From assembly GCF_009914755.1 (NCBI RefSeq), contig NC_060931.1: DNA of 64,000 nucleotides; one strand, 5' to 3'. A model generated the notes under the pieces. It ran no database searches. It was given only the letters and a program-made list of their open reading frames with translations, and was not told where the DNA came from. Positions 16,236 through 42,449 of this stretch are shown in pieces; the stretch's first letter is position 1, and each line of letters begins with the position of its first letter. This DNA is from the human T2T-CHM13v2.0 reference genome, Homo sapiens. A program made the position numbers and the translations under genes.

Positions 16236-16490
16236 TCTTCCCAGGAAAATTATAGTGGGAACTCTGGCTTTGATGAAACTGCTTTTTTTTCAAAGCAGTT
16301 TGCAAAATAACCGGGGCCTTAAAAAACAATCTGGATGAAATGGTTTTTGCCATTTCAATTGGTTCTCTTCCAACGTGTCTTCCTTCCAGTAGGTTTCCAG
16401 AATATTTTGGTTTCAAAATTTGGGGGCACAGATTTGCAAAGTGGATTTCAACATGTCGGGTTTCAAAGGGGGCTGGCTTTGAAAGTGGTC
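16236..16490. promoter_or_regulatory. Candidate enhancer: four TCF/LEF sites plus RBPJ-like and STAT-like motifs
   Basis: CTTTGAT 16268, TTCAAAG 16289, TTCAAAG 16462, CTTTGAA 16477; GTGGGAA 16255; TTCCCAGGAA ~16238; apparently non-repeat DNA. Confidence 0.35.
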
Positions 16491-18631
16491 TGGGCTTCTA
16501 AAAGGTTTGATTGAAAACTGGTTTGGTTCTCAGACATTCCAGAAGCTTCTCCCGGAGTCCAGAGCCTCCCAGTGGTGCTTTGGGAAGGGGGCCAGGCAGG
16601 GCGTCCTGGTGAGTGGACGTAGGGTGGGCAGGGCCACCCTTGTCCTGGGATGTTGTGGAGGACTTGGCACGCCCTGTCTCAGGCCTGGCTCTGGCTCTGG
16701 GTGGATGTTTTGCATCTTCAGAAAAAAGCTCCTGTGGGATATTTCTCCTCCAGCCGACCCCGCCCCCCAGGGCATTCGAGAAAAGGGTGCTTGTCTCTTG
16801 GTGAGAGGGCCACGGTTCCTTCAGTTTCTCCGTTCCTACGGGCCTCTTTCTTTTTCCTTTTTGAGACGGAATCTCACTGTGTCGCCCAGGCTCACTGCAA
16901 CCTATGCCTCCCGGGTTCAAGTGGTTCTCATGCTTCAGCCTCCTGAGTAGCTGGGATTACAGGTGTGTGCCACCACATCCAGCTAATTTTTTGTATTTTT
17001 AGTAGAGATGGGGTTTTCCCATGTTGGCCAGGCCGGTCTCGAACTCCTGACCTCGTGATCTGCCCACGTTGGCCTCCAAAGTGCTAGGATTATAAGTGTG
17101 AGCCACCACACCAGGCCCGTTTCATCCCTGCCTCAGCCTGCATGCCAAGCTCCCTGGGTGCCCGCCCACAGGTGTCACCCTTTAAGGAGAAAGTGGCCTG
17201 GGGCTGGAAACAGGACTTTGTAGGGAAGGACAGCGCGTGTGAGAAAAGGCCTGTTGATGGGCACGCCAGGGTTTAATGGACGGCTCTTTGAAGTCATGGG
17301 CTGAGCCAGAAGGAATTGTCATGATGTCAGTCTCATTTCCAGATGGGGAAAGGGAGACCCAGGCTGCGGTGACCCACTGAGGCACAGGATCAGTGAGAAC
17401 CCAGCCCTGGCTTTGCCCAGACCTCTCAAGGGCACTTCGTGGGACCATTGCCGGCCGTTGTGGCATCTGTCCCTGGCCTTGCCCCCATCCGTCTCTGCAC
17501 AGCCCAGGTGGGTCCGAGCCAGCCCCAGGTCTCCAGGGTCCCAGCCCAGCCTCTAGAAGAGCCAGCAGCAGGGCTGGAAGGGAGAGCACATGCTGGGCCT
17601 TGGGGCTGCCTTGGACCTCAGGCCGTTGACAAGGAAAAGCGGAGAGTTGGGAAAAAAGGACAAATAGCTGAGCGCCAGCCGCAGTCTGGGGGACGGGAGC
17701 CTCGTGCGACTCTCGGAGTGCTGGCCAGATTGGCAGAGGGGAGGAGAGAGGAAAAACCCAGGCTCTGAGGAAAAACCTCTCCAGCCCAGCGCGTGGCCTG
17801 GCATTAACCCACTGCAGCCCCAGGAAGTGGTTCCACCCCAGGCAGCCAACAAGGCGGTGCCTGAACTATGTCTGTGGATGACGGAGCCACGACCTGTCCC
17901 TCAGGGCTCAGCGCTGCGGCTATGTCCAGGGACCCCTGGCTGTGCCCACGTCGGGGCTTCCCGTTCCTTACCTGCCATGAGAATGAGATGTCCAGGGACC
18001 TCCCTGCTCCAGCTGGGACCTGTGGGGCTTTGTCTGTTGTCCCGAGCACCTTGGAGATGTCATTTCTAACATTTTAACCCAGGAATCCCCCCACCAAGGG
18101 ACAGAGTGCAAGGACATGATCGAACAGAAAAAGTTCTGGTACAAGATCAACCCCGTGGGGTGGTGAGTGCTGCAGCCCCGGGCCTCACATCCTGCCGTCC
18201 CTGTGGGAGATTGGAGCGGTCCCAGTGCCCACCGCTGATTCTCTGGCTCCAGCAACCCCTCCAGGTGGATCCGTCCCACGCAGCCTGGCCTGAAACACTG
18301 CCCAGCCACTGGGTCCAGTAAGACAGAGCCTCGAGTCATTCTGCCAAGAGGATCCAGAAACACAGACTTTTTCTGGGGTCCTGGAGGCTTCTGGCCCATG
18401 GGGAGCCCCTGGGTCCCAGCGATCCAGCCCTGATGTGCTGAGGGTGCAGGGCCCAGCTGCAGAGCAGAGGAGAGTGGCCCCCAGGGACCAGCAGCACGAA
18501 AGGCACACTGAGGCACACTGGCAGGCCTGGGCTGCAGAGAGCCTGAAGGTCATGGGGTAGCTGGTGGAAGCAGGAAGACCCCATACAGCAGCGACCACTG
18601 AGGCTGGTGCTGCACTTTCTCAGGGAATTGA

Positions 18632-19556
<925 letters not shown>

Positions 19557-20133
19557 ACAAACATATTTTAAATTTGAACAATAAAGGAACTGGACCAGGA
19601 AGTGTGGAGTTGGGGAGACCCTGCTCTCGCCAGGTGCCTTCCCGGCAGGTTGTCTCTGCCTCCCCTTGCACCCCTTGAATGGCGGGCTCCCTCTCCCATA
19701 GCCCCTGCCAGGCTGGATAACCAACTTCATTCTTATACCCGTCCGAATCTGCCCCCTGTTAATGGCACCCACCAGTCCTTGTCCAAACCTCGAAGCTCAG
19801 GACCTCACAGAGCACCACGTCCTCTTCTGTGTCATATGCAGCTGGATCTCAGTAAATGGCAATGTCTTCTCTACCCGGGACTGAACAAAACCCATTCCTC
19901 CTATGAAAGCCGATAAGACCTGGGGGCAGAGCAGCCCGCCTTCTGTCCCCGCGGCTTTAGGGGACACCGGCCACCCACCCTCAGCTTCTTCCCCCACTTC
20001 TTGGAGAATGTCTGCGATGTGGGTGAAGACTGGCAGAGAAAAGCTGGTGTAACCTTCTGCAGGGGTTTCGAGCAATTCTGAATCTCAGCTGGTGAGGAGG
20101 CCAAAACCTGCTCTGCCTAGCAGACTGGTCATG

Positions 20134-20910
<777 letters not shown>

Positions 20911-21941
20911 GTCACATCTTGAATGGAATCGGGCTCCGTATTGTCCAGATACCTCCCATATTAAAAAAGAACTGGGGCCGGCAGCAGTCACACTTCCCAG
21001 CCCTTCCCTGAGCTTGGGTCTGGTGGGAGTGTGGAGACAGCAACAGGGTCCCTGTGTGTGCAGTCTGGCTGCAAGACTCAGGGGTGTGCGTGTGTGCACC
21101 TGTGTGTGCACCTGTGTGTGCACGGGTGCAAGGGCATCTGTGTGTCGTTTTCTTACAGGAAGGCGTGGGCCAATGACCAGCTGGAAGTGCAGGTTCATGT
21201 GTCCTCAGACAGTGGCTGGTGCCTCACGCTGGCTTCTGGCTGTGACCAGGGTAGCAGAGAGAGCAAAGAGGTCCTTTCCTCAGGTGGGTGGAGTGGGGCT
21301 TGAGCACAGTCCACATGCAGAGATGAGTGTGGACTCGGAAGACCCTGACCCCCTTGTATCAGTGTGTAGGGGAGGTCTCAAGGTCATTGCCCTACAGAAA
21401 CCAGGCTGGGTGCGGTGGCTCACACCTGTCATCCCAGCACTTTGGGAGGCTGAGGCGGGTGGATCACCTGCGGTCAGGAGTTCGAGACCAGCCTGGCCAA
21501 CAAGGTGAAACCCCGTCTCTACTAAAAATACAAAAATAAGCTGGGTGTGGTGGCACATGCCCGTAATCCCAGCTACTCAAGAGGCTGAGGCAGGAAAATC
21601 GCTTGAACCCGAGAGTTGGAGGTTGCCGTGAGCCGAGATTGCGCCATTGCACTCCAGCCTGGGCGACAGAGTGAGACGCCATCTGGAAAAAAAAAAAAAA
21701 GCGTAAAGAATTCCCTCCCTGGGGCCGAGGTGGCAGCTCTCCACACCTTCCCACAAGGGTGCCAGCTGAGGAGGGACAGTGGAAGGGGCCCCTGCAGGGC
21801 TGGGGGATGCCTCTGAGCGTTCCAGGCAGGCAGGCACAGGCAGGAGCTCCTGGAGCTGTAGCCTCCTCACCCAAGGCTTCCAGCTCCTTCCTGTGTGGGG
21901 TCTCAGACACGCGACCCACCCGGACGTCCGTGACAGTGTAG

Positions 21942-22535
<594 letters not shown>

Positions 22536-22961
22536 TAGTAGAGATGGGGTTTCGCCATGTTGGCCAGGCTGGTATCGAACTCCTGATCTCAGGTGATCTG
22601 CCTGCCTCAGCCTCCCAAAGTGGTAGGATTGCAGGTGTGAGCCACTGCGCCTGGCCCTGTTCCAGGATCTTGGCTCTCTGTCCCGGGCAGGGTGCTTCCG
22701 GGCCTCTTTGATTCTGGCCACAATGCTGAGCCTGTCCCGCAGCCCTGGGAGTGGCCCCCAGACCTTCCACTGCCCCAGGAATGGCTGACGCAACTATTCC
22801 CCCCAACCAGTGAGACCTGTGCCTGCCCGAGGAAGGTGTGAGCCGGGCCATTTAGAGGAGCTCCCTCGGGTGGATCCACCTCTGAGTCCTGGGCCTGCAG
22901 CCTGGCACAGGGCTCCTGGAGGGGCTGCATGGAGCTGGGCAGGCCGGGCCCTGGGCATCTT

Positions 22962-22976
22962 CCACCAGGGGGCAGC
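22962..22976 (+). promoter_or_regulatory. CTCF consensus motif beside a CpG-rich patch
   Basis: CCACCAGGGGGCAGC. Confidence 0.55.
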
Positions 22977-23812
22977 CACGGCTCAGGAACGCGACCTGCG
23001 GCGCACCCTTGGCTAAACGCGGCTGCACGCAGGGCATGGGGTGGCCGGCCAAAGCGCATGTGAACCTGGTAATGCAATGTCCCCCGTGGGTCCGAAAGCC
23101 CTGAGGCCACCCGAGTGAGCATCCCTCCAGCCCTGAGGCCACCCTCCCGGGCCTCTGAGACACGGTCCCTGTGTGGGTGGCTGTACAGTCCCGGTTCTGG
23201 ACAGGCCGTGGGGGGCACAGGAAGTGGCTGCTCAGCCCCCTGGGCGGCTGGACCAGGAGGGCACTGGGTGATCTGGGGGCACCGTGGCAGGGCTGGGCCT
23301 GGTCACCCAGGCTCTGACGCCCTCGTGATTCCTGTCTGCTGGGCCCCACAGCGCCCTCAGCACCATGCTGGCCATGCTGGCCAGAGCTGTCTTCCTCCCA
23401 CCAAACACTGTCCGTGAGGGCGACCTGTTTCCAGTTTGAACCAAGTTCACACTGACTCCACCACTCACTTGCTGTTGGGTCACTGCTCTGGGCCCCTCTG
23501 GGGGACTCAAGGAGCTGAGTGGCTCCGACTCCCCAGGCCTGAAGCCCCAAGACGCGCTGCCAGGACCACGCTGGCTGAGGCCACTCTTTGAGCCCCTCCC
23601 CCACAGGTGGCCGAGCACACACAGTCCAGTGGGCTGAGGTGGCCCCAAGGGCAGGAACGTGGCATCTCTTCCCACCAGTCAGTGGCTCTGGGGGCACAAG
23701 GACTTGTCGGGGGAAGGAGGCAGCAACCGCAGGTCAGAAGCTGGAAGCAGCGGCCACTCAGCAAATGACACAGCTGAGCCGGAAAACCCAGTCCCAGGGC
23801 TGTGAAGAGCTG

Positions 23813-24165
23813 GGGCCGGCCTCACGGGGGCTCCCCAGTTTCCCCTGCCCGGCCCTGGGCCGGCCTCACGGGGGCTCCCCAGTTTCCCCTGCCCGGCCCT
23901 GCCCTGCCCTGCCCTGCCCTGCCCTGCCCTGCCCTGCCCTGCCCTCCCCTCCCCTCCCCTCCCCTCCCCTCCCCTCCCCTCCCCTCTCCTCCCCTCCCCT
24001 TTCCTTCCTTTTTCTTTCCTTCTTTCTTTTCCTTCTTCTTTCCTTCCTTCCTCCCTCCCTTCCCTCCCTCCCTTCCCCCCTTCTTCCTTCCTTCCTTTCT
24101 CTCCCCCTCCCCACTCCCTCCCTCCCCTCCCCCATCCCCTCCCTCTCCCCTCCCCTCCTCGTCCC
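23813..24165. repeat. 2x44-bp tandem duplication grading into (GCCCT)n, (CCCCT)n and a CT-rich tract
   Basis: Identical units 23813-23856 and 23857-23900, then pentamer arrays running into an antisense Alu (24170-24451). Confidence 0.9.
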
Positions 24166-24346
24166 TTTGTCAGGGTCTTGCTCTGTTGCCCAGGCTGGAG
24201 TGTAGTGATGCAGTGAGCTGTGATCGCACCACTGCAGCCTAGAACCTCCCGGGCTCAAGGGATCCTCCTGCTGCAGCCTCCTGAGTAGCTAGGACTATAG
24301 GCATGCGCTACCAGGCCTGACTTTTTTTTTTTTTTTTTTTTTGTAG

Positions 24347-29152
<4,806 letters not shown>

Positions 29153-29194
29153 ACCTGGGGGGATCTTCTTGTAGTAATTAATATGGTGAACTGA

Positions 29195-29533
<339 letters not shown>

Positions 29534-29852
29534 AGATGACCTCACTTTTTATTTCACCAAGGAAATTACAGCAACCACAAGAGACCTGCTGGGAGCCCTC
29601 ACCACATCCTCCCTCCACCCACCCTGAGTCTGCACTCTGCCCCCTCCACTGCCACGAGGAAAGGACTGCTCCCACCTGCCACAGACCCCCATTGTGCACA
29701 TGTCACATGAGCCTGTGGACAAGCCCTGCCACGCAGGCCCCTTCCTGTTGTGTTTGTATTGCTGACAGCACACCATTCCTGACTGGTTCCTGTATGTACC
29801 AACTTTACAGATAAGAAAACCGAGGCTCAGTTTAAGGCACAGATTAAGATTA

Positions 29853-31034
<1,182 letters not shown>

Positions 31035-33379
31035 TCAACACCCGAGTCTCAGCAGACATCACACAACCCATCCTTGGCTGATTCAGGCAGTGAGAAGGGT
31101 CCCTCCAGAAGACCCCCAGGTACCCTTCAGTCTCTGCAATGGGAGGGTGGACCCTGAGATCTTCTGCACCCCAAGACCACACAGCACAGGAGAGGAGCAC
31201 GTCTCCAAAGAGAAGCTGGGCTATGTCTGGAAATGGGCAAGCAAAACAGGACCTGTGGCCCTTCCCACTGGATGGGGAGGAGCTGAGGAAGGCATTTCGG
31301 AGGAGGTGACGTCTTACGGGGAAATTTGTGTGTTGGAATCAAAGTGAGGGAAGGGCTTTGGGGTGGAGTGGCCAGCAGGAGCAAAGGCTTGGAGGCCAGA
31401 GAGAATCTGAGCGGCACACAGGCTGGGGAGGGGTTGGCCGTGCCTCGGACACCGGCCTCTGCAGCTTGAGCCTATTACTGACCCAAGTCCCAGTATCACC
31501 AGGTCCCAGTGATTCCTCACAGCAGCCGGCGTCCCTCCCCTTGTCTCATTCCTGCTGGCCCCGACTTCCTAGCTCCGTGCTTCTCCAGGCCTCAGTTTCC
31601 CCTCTTCCAAGGCCAGGGCCCGCTCCCCTTCCTGGGGCTGCCAGGAGCCTAGAGCGTGGGAAACGGCTCTGCTGTGTGTCCGGGGCCAAAGACACGCAGG
31701 GGCGGTCGTGCCAGCCAGGCTCTCGGGCTCTTGGGCGCTCGCCACACTCTGGCGGCCAAACAATGCCCACCTCTGAGTAGAGCTGTGGGTGGCGGTAACC
31801 ATGGTGAGGGGCCCTCCACGCCAACTGCCCATCCGGGGTCAGCCGGGCCCGTGGCCCTGGTTCCGGCTTTGTCTCGGGGCTGGAACTGGGCCCAGGGATG
31901 GGCTCTGAATGGCTGGCGGGTGGGAGGGCACTGCCCACCACATAGCGGCGGCTGCTGGCCGGAGAGAGGGTCTGGGGTTGAGGAGAGGGCAGCCCAGCTG
32001 TTTCTGGGGTCCTGAATTCGCAGTGGTGTCTGGGTGGGAGCCCCAGCTGGTCGCTGTGCCCATTGGCAGCACCTTCCTTAACACCCCAGCCCTCTGTGCC
32101 CACTGTAAGGACAGGGCCTGGTGTGCCCCTGGAAGGAGGTGAACCCCATCTCCAAGTTCTGGGATGTTCCAGGCAGTTGGCCAGAGCACAGCGGGTCCGC
32201 TCCAGCCTCTCAGCCTGGACGAGGCTCCATCTGGCCACTGGCTTGCCCACCCCCAGTTCCCCCAATCCCTCCGTGACTGGCGGGAAATGGGCATGAGTGT
32301 GAGGCCTCTGCCAGGGCACAGAGTGACTAACCCTCCCCAGCTGTGGGGTTAGAGTCCCCCAAAAATTGTGGTTGCAAAACCCATGTTTGCAAACTCAAGA
32401 CCTTGTTTAATAAAAAAGAGTAAGGAGGCCAGGCACTGTGGCCAGGGGGAGGAGAGCTGGCAGGGGCAGCGAGATGGGGGCTGCACCGTACTCTGGGCAC
32501 TGGGTTCCCTCGGGCAATGTCCCTGGTGGGCCAAGGCTGCCCTTTTTGTCCCTCTACCTGTGCTTGGCAGTCCAGGGGCTACGGAATTTGAGAGGGGAGG
32601 CCTTTGGGTCTCACCCAAGCCGGGTGATGGCAAGGGAAAGGGACTCTCATTTCCCAGCCCCAGAGAGACCACGGTCCTCCTTCAGTGAAGTACCCACAAG
32701 ACAAGAAGGCCCCAACTCCCCCTCCCCTAGGCCACTCCTGTCCCAATCTGGCCCCTGCCCCAGGTGTGGTGTGGAGGCCACGACCCCACCCCAACCGCTG
32801 GTTCCCTCGGTCCCTCCCTGTCCTAAGACACCATGGTCCCCCAGTGCCCCAGCCCCTGTCCCCTGGGACCCCAGCCCACCCTGCTCCTCTTCTCACTTCT
32901 GGGGTCTTCTCATGTCTGGGGCTCAGGTGCCTCGCCTGTGCCTTGCTGGGCAAGCGGAGGCACTGCCTGGTGCTGAAAAGACAGCTCCGGCCAGCCAGTG
33001 CCCCCAGAGAGCAGACCCAGACAGATGCAGAAATGACGCAGTGGATGAGGGGCACAGAGACCTGTCAGGGAGCGGGAGCTGGGCCAACGTCTGGGTACAT
33101 GGGATGCCCTTGGCTACTGCTGAGGCCGTGCCCCAGCCCCAGGTCTACGCATTAAACTTCATCCTCCGCACAGCCCCAGTCTCCCACAGGCCCCAGCTTA
33201 TAGAGACTGTTGTTGCTCCATTTTGCAGAAGAGGAAACTGAGGCAGAGCAAGGGAAGTTTCCCACCGTCCCCATGTGGAAGGAGTGTGGCCCCCACTGGG
33301 GCACTCATCTGCAGGCACAGTCCAGAACATGTGTGCCTGGACACTGGACCAAGCACGGGGCCTCTGCCTCTCCATGATT

Positions 33380-37010
<3,631 letters not shown>

Positions 37011-37014
37011 TAAT

Positions 37015-37159
37015 ATAATAGAAATAAAATAAAAAATAAAAGCACATCACAATAAATGAGATGTGCTTGAATCATCCCAAAACCATCTACCCTCTGGTCA
37101 GTGGAAAAACTGTCTTTCACGAAACCAGTCCTGGGTGCTAAAAAGGCTGGGGACCGCTG
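37015..37159 (+). mobile_element. MER1A-like 3' end
   Basis: cttgaatcatcccaaaaccatc...gaaaccagtcctgggtgctaaaaaggctggggaccgctg. Confidence 0.65.
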
Positions 37160-38766
37160 GTGTAAAGTGAGGGTCCAGTGTCTTTTCTTGTGCATGGAGA
37201 CGCAGCCTTCCCAGCCCCATGGGTTTATCTGTGCTGATTTTTCACTTCTTGTTCTGACCAGGAGACGCCTGGCTCCCATGATGCACAACTTACTTATTTG
37301 TTCAATCCCAGTGTTCGTTGTTTCAGAATTGCTAAGATGTACCCCTGGGAGAACCAAACCTACTAACTAGAGTCCAGTGTTTGTACACAGTTGGTTTTGT
37401 CCTGAGCTTCAGGATGTAGACAAAACAGTGTTGTCCAAAATCATTGAGAGCAGCCTCTCCCCCACTCCCTCTCCCTGAGTGATGTCACACATTTGTAATT
37501 CAATTAGAGTCCGTTGTCACAGGCCGCGTTCCTCCTGGGTTCCCCTGACATCCTGGCTCATTTAAAAAAATTTGCATACAGCGAAGTTCATTCTTTGTGC
37601 TGTGGACTTGCATGGGTTTTGAAAAATGCAAGGAGTCACGCGTCCACCGCTGCACCCGACAGAACAGCTCCAGCTCCGAGACCATTTCCCGGGCAGCGAG
37701 AACCCCTGCCCACCACTGCCTATGATATTTAAGAAAAAAAGACAAACAGATTTTTTGAGATGCAATTCACATACCATGCAATTCATTCATTAAAGGTAAA
37801 ATTCCATCATTTTGGGCATGCTGTATTGCCATTTTTTTTTCCTTTTTGTGGAGAATGGGGTCTCACCATGTTGCCCCGGCTGGTCTTGAACTCCTGGGCT
37901 CAAGCGATCCTCCCGCATCTGCCTCCCTAAGTGCTGGGAGTTCAGGCATGAACCACCATGGCTGGCCTAAACTTTCTTGTATGTGTGTGGTAAAATACAC
38001 ATAACAAGCCGAATACAGTGGCTCATGCCTATAATCCCAGCACTTTGGAAGGCTGAGGCAGGAGGATCACTTGAGCCCAGGAATTCAAGGCTGCAGTGAG
38101 CTGTGGTTGAGCCACTGCACTCCAGTGTGGGCAACAGAACAAGACTCTGTCTCTACAAAAAAAAAAAAAAATACGTGTAACGAACAATTTGCCACTGTAA
38201 CCATTTTTAAGCGTACAATTCAGTGGCATTGATTACGTTCACGATATTGTGCAACCATCGCCCCATTACCAAAACTTTTTCATCATCCCAAACGGAAACT
38301 CGGATGATTTCTTTTTCTTTTTTTGTGATTTCTTAAATGAGCCTGCAATGTAACAAAGTTTCACAGTATTGTAGGTACACATGGAAAAATGCAATGAATA
38401 TTGGCTCATGCCTGTAATCCCAGCAATTTGGGAGGCCGAGGCGGGCAGATCACCTGAGATCAGGAGTTCGAGACCAGCCTGGCCAACATGGTGAAAACCT
38501 GTCTCTACTAACAATACAAAAAAAAAAAAAAATTAGCTGGGCTTGGTGGCGTGCACCTGTAATCCCAGCTACTTGGGAGGCTAAGGCAGGAGAATTGCTT
38601 GAACCCAGGAGGCGGAGGTGCAGTGAGCTGAGATTGCACCACTGCACTCTAGCCTGGGTGACAAGAGCAAAACTGTCATAAATTAAAAAAAAAAAAAAAA
38701 AAAAAGCATGAAACCCAAGATAGGTAGGTAATGTGTGGGGCAACTGCAGTAAAACCTTCACGTTGA

Positions 38767-39117
<351 letters not shown>

Positions 39118-39386
39118 TGAAAATTTTCATAATAAAATGTTGGGGAAAATGTTTGTGGATTTTAAAAGTGCACCCTGGCCTACCATAGCACCCCCAGCTC
39201 TCGGTCCCCTATTCAGGGGCAGCCTCTGAAGCCAGGTTTTCCAAATCCTTCCAGAGGCAGTCAGTCAGCAGTCAAGCATCTGCACGTCTCTTCTCTGTCC
39301 CACCAGTGAGGCAGGCCTTGGCAGCAGACGGGTCTTGGCCTTGTTCTGCCCTTGCCTTTTTATTGTTGTTTGTTGTTGTTTTTTGA

Positions 39387-39494
<108 letters not shown>

Positions 39495-40284
39495 TAGCTG
39501 AGATTACAGACGTGTGCCACCATGCCTGGCTAATTTTTTTGTATTTTTAGTAGAGACATGGTTTCACCATGTTGGCCAGGCTGGTCTCGAACTCCTGACC
39601 TCAAGCGATCCTCATGCCTCGGCCTTCCAAGGTGCTGGGACTACAGGCACATCCACCGCACCTGGCCCCATCCTCTGCTCTCAGAAGGGAGGAACCACCC
39701 TGGGGCTTCATGGTCACCCCCTACACATATGGCCCTGATGGGTCCCCAGCCCTGCCTGGGTGGTGCTGAGCCCATGTCGGCCTCCCAGGAGCCCAGGCTG
39801 GCTGAGCTGCAGGAAAATCCGTGTCATCCCTGCACTGACATTGGCCACAGAGAGAGGCAGGACAGCTGTCACTGAACCTGCAGGAAGCAGGTGAGTGAGG
39901 CACAGGAGTCCCGGCCGCGATGGGGGTGTGGGGGGCACTGGCAGCTGCAGCAGGCCAGGCTGAGACTTCCTGGGGCTGGTGGACCACTCACTTCCTTGGT
40001 GGGGATGGAGGCAGGTGGACCCACGTGGACCATATCCTACTGCACTTGCCCGGCCCTGTACGTGCCCCTCCTCACAGCCACCCATCTTACAGAAGGGGAA
40101 ACTGAGACTGTGATTCACTCAGGTCCACGCAAGGTTTCTTCTCCCACCATTCAGCTCGGAGCCGAGCTCTGGGCTCTGCAGCAAACGGGACAGGCTGGGC
40201 CAGCTCCCCTCCCTGGTTCTCCTCCTCTCAGCCCCTGGACTCAGGCCCAGGCTGTCCTCTTGTGGAAACCAAAACTGTGGATTC

Positions 40285-40428
40285 AGGAATGCGGGTCCGC
40301 CTGCCCCGAGCTGGAAATGCGGGTCCACCTGCCCCGAGCTGGGAATGCGGGTCCACCTGCCCCGAGCTGGGAATGCGGGTCCACCTGCTTGCCCTGAGCT
40401 GGGAGTGCGGGTCCACCTGCCCCATGCT
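40285..40428. repeat. 28-bp minisatellite, ~5 copies
   Basis: Unit gggaatgcgggtccacctgccccgagct at 40285, 40313, 40341, 40369 (+4 nt) and 40401. Confidence 0.95.
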
Positions 40429-40636
40429 GGTAAAGGAGCTTTGCTCCCTGGCTTTGGGTTGAGGCCATGTCGGGAGTGCCCTCTGCTGGCCGGTCTGTTC
40501 CTCACGGGGCCCTGAGAGGGCTCCCGTGGGGAGGGATCAGCAGGGCATCCCCCCACCCTGGGGAGACCACCAACCTCTGTCCTGGTGGAGAGGGAGGAAC
40601 AGAGCAGAGGCCAGAACAGGGGAGAAGTTGGTTTTA

Positions 40637-41288
<652 letters not shown>

Positions 41289-42449
41289 TCAGGCCAGGCA
41301 CTCCTGGGGGCAGCTTTGCCTGCAGCCGATACCTTCTTTAAGTCTCACCATAGTGGCAGGTGTTTCAAAACAGAGATAGCAGACAGCACTTGAACCTCAG
41401 ATGTTTTAAATTCAGAAGATCTGCCTGCTCTGGGTCCACAGGTCCCTGTGCATGGTTGGAAGGAGCTGGGCAGGATGGGGGTGGGGGCAGTGTGTGTTTC
41501 TGTTAGGCACAGACCCCACCAACCCCTATTGCCCTGTGTCCGCCTGCCTCACTTAGGCACGTTTGCCCTCCTGGCCCTGTGAGCATTTGAGTCGCTCCTT
41601 GACCCCGCAGAGAGCCTGGAGCTTTTGGCCGGCACGTGTCGTTAGGAGGCCTGTGGACCTGACCCTCCAGGGGCTGCAGCCTCCTTACCCGGGCAGCTGT
41701 GTTTCCCTGGACAGGCCCAGCCCAGGGCATCTGCCTGAATCTCACCCCAACTCCAGACAGAGAACTGAAGGGGAGACAGGTTCTCCCAGAGACGCGGCTT
41801 AGCGCGCCGGGGGCAGGGGCTGCCCTGCTCGACCTTCCGCAGCCGCTTTAGCTGGAGACAACACCCTCCTGATGCCTTTTGGTCTCTGGAGGCGTCAAGG
41901 AGTGTGTGGGCACTTTCTAAGGGGCCTCTGCCATGACACAGGGGAGGAGCAGATTTAAGTCAGCTCTGGAATTTGCTTCTGGTCAGCAGAGCGATGGGCT
42001 GCTCTGGGGAGGTAGTGAGCTGGCTGTCCTAAAAAGAGTTCAAGTGGAATGTGCTCTGGGCCAGCCTGGGGGCTGGGGTAGGACCTGGTCCCTGGCATCC
42101 AGATGAGGCAGTGTGATGGGAGGGAAGGGCCTCAATGAAAGCCAGGGCTGCAAGAGCCCAGCAGGAGGTGAGGGAAGGCTTCCCAGAGGAGGTGTCTTCT
42201 GAGCTGAAGGGGCAGGTGGGGGAATGGGCCACTGGGGCTGCAGCTCTGGGCTGAGGCCAGATCAGAAAGGAAGCTGCGCTTTGTGCTGAGGGCGGTGGGA
42301 GCCATGGAAGGTGTGATAGGAAGGGCAGCAGCTCCTCCAGCAGGATGCGTGGAGACCATAGCTCCCTGCACCCCATTTTATGGATGGGGAGACTGAGGAT
42401 CAACATTGCTTCAGGGTCTGGGGCCCCTGTGGTCTGGTTTGCAAACTGG

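Noticed and set aside
21056-21130. Cluster of MRE (TGCRCNC) and E-box cores
   Set aside because: Expected by-product of a degenerate TG repeat; a similar tract lies at 11720-11810
40285-40428. CRISPR-like 28-bp repeats
   Set aside because: Head-to-tail with no unique spacers, no cas genes, eukaryotic DNA
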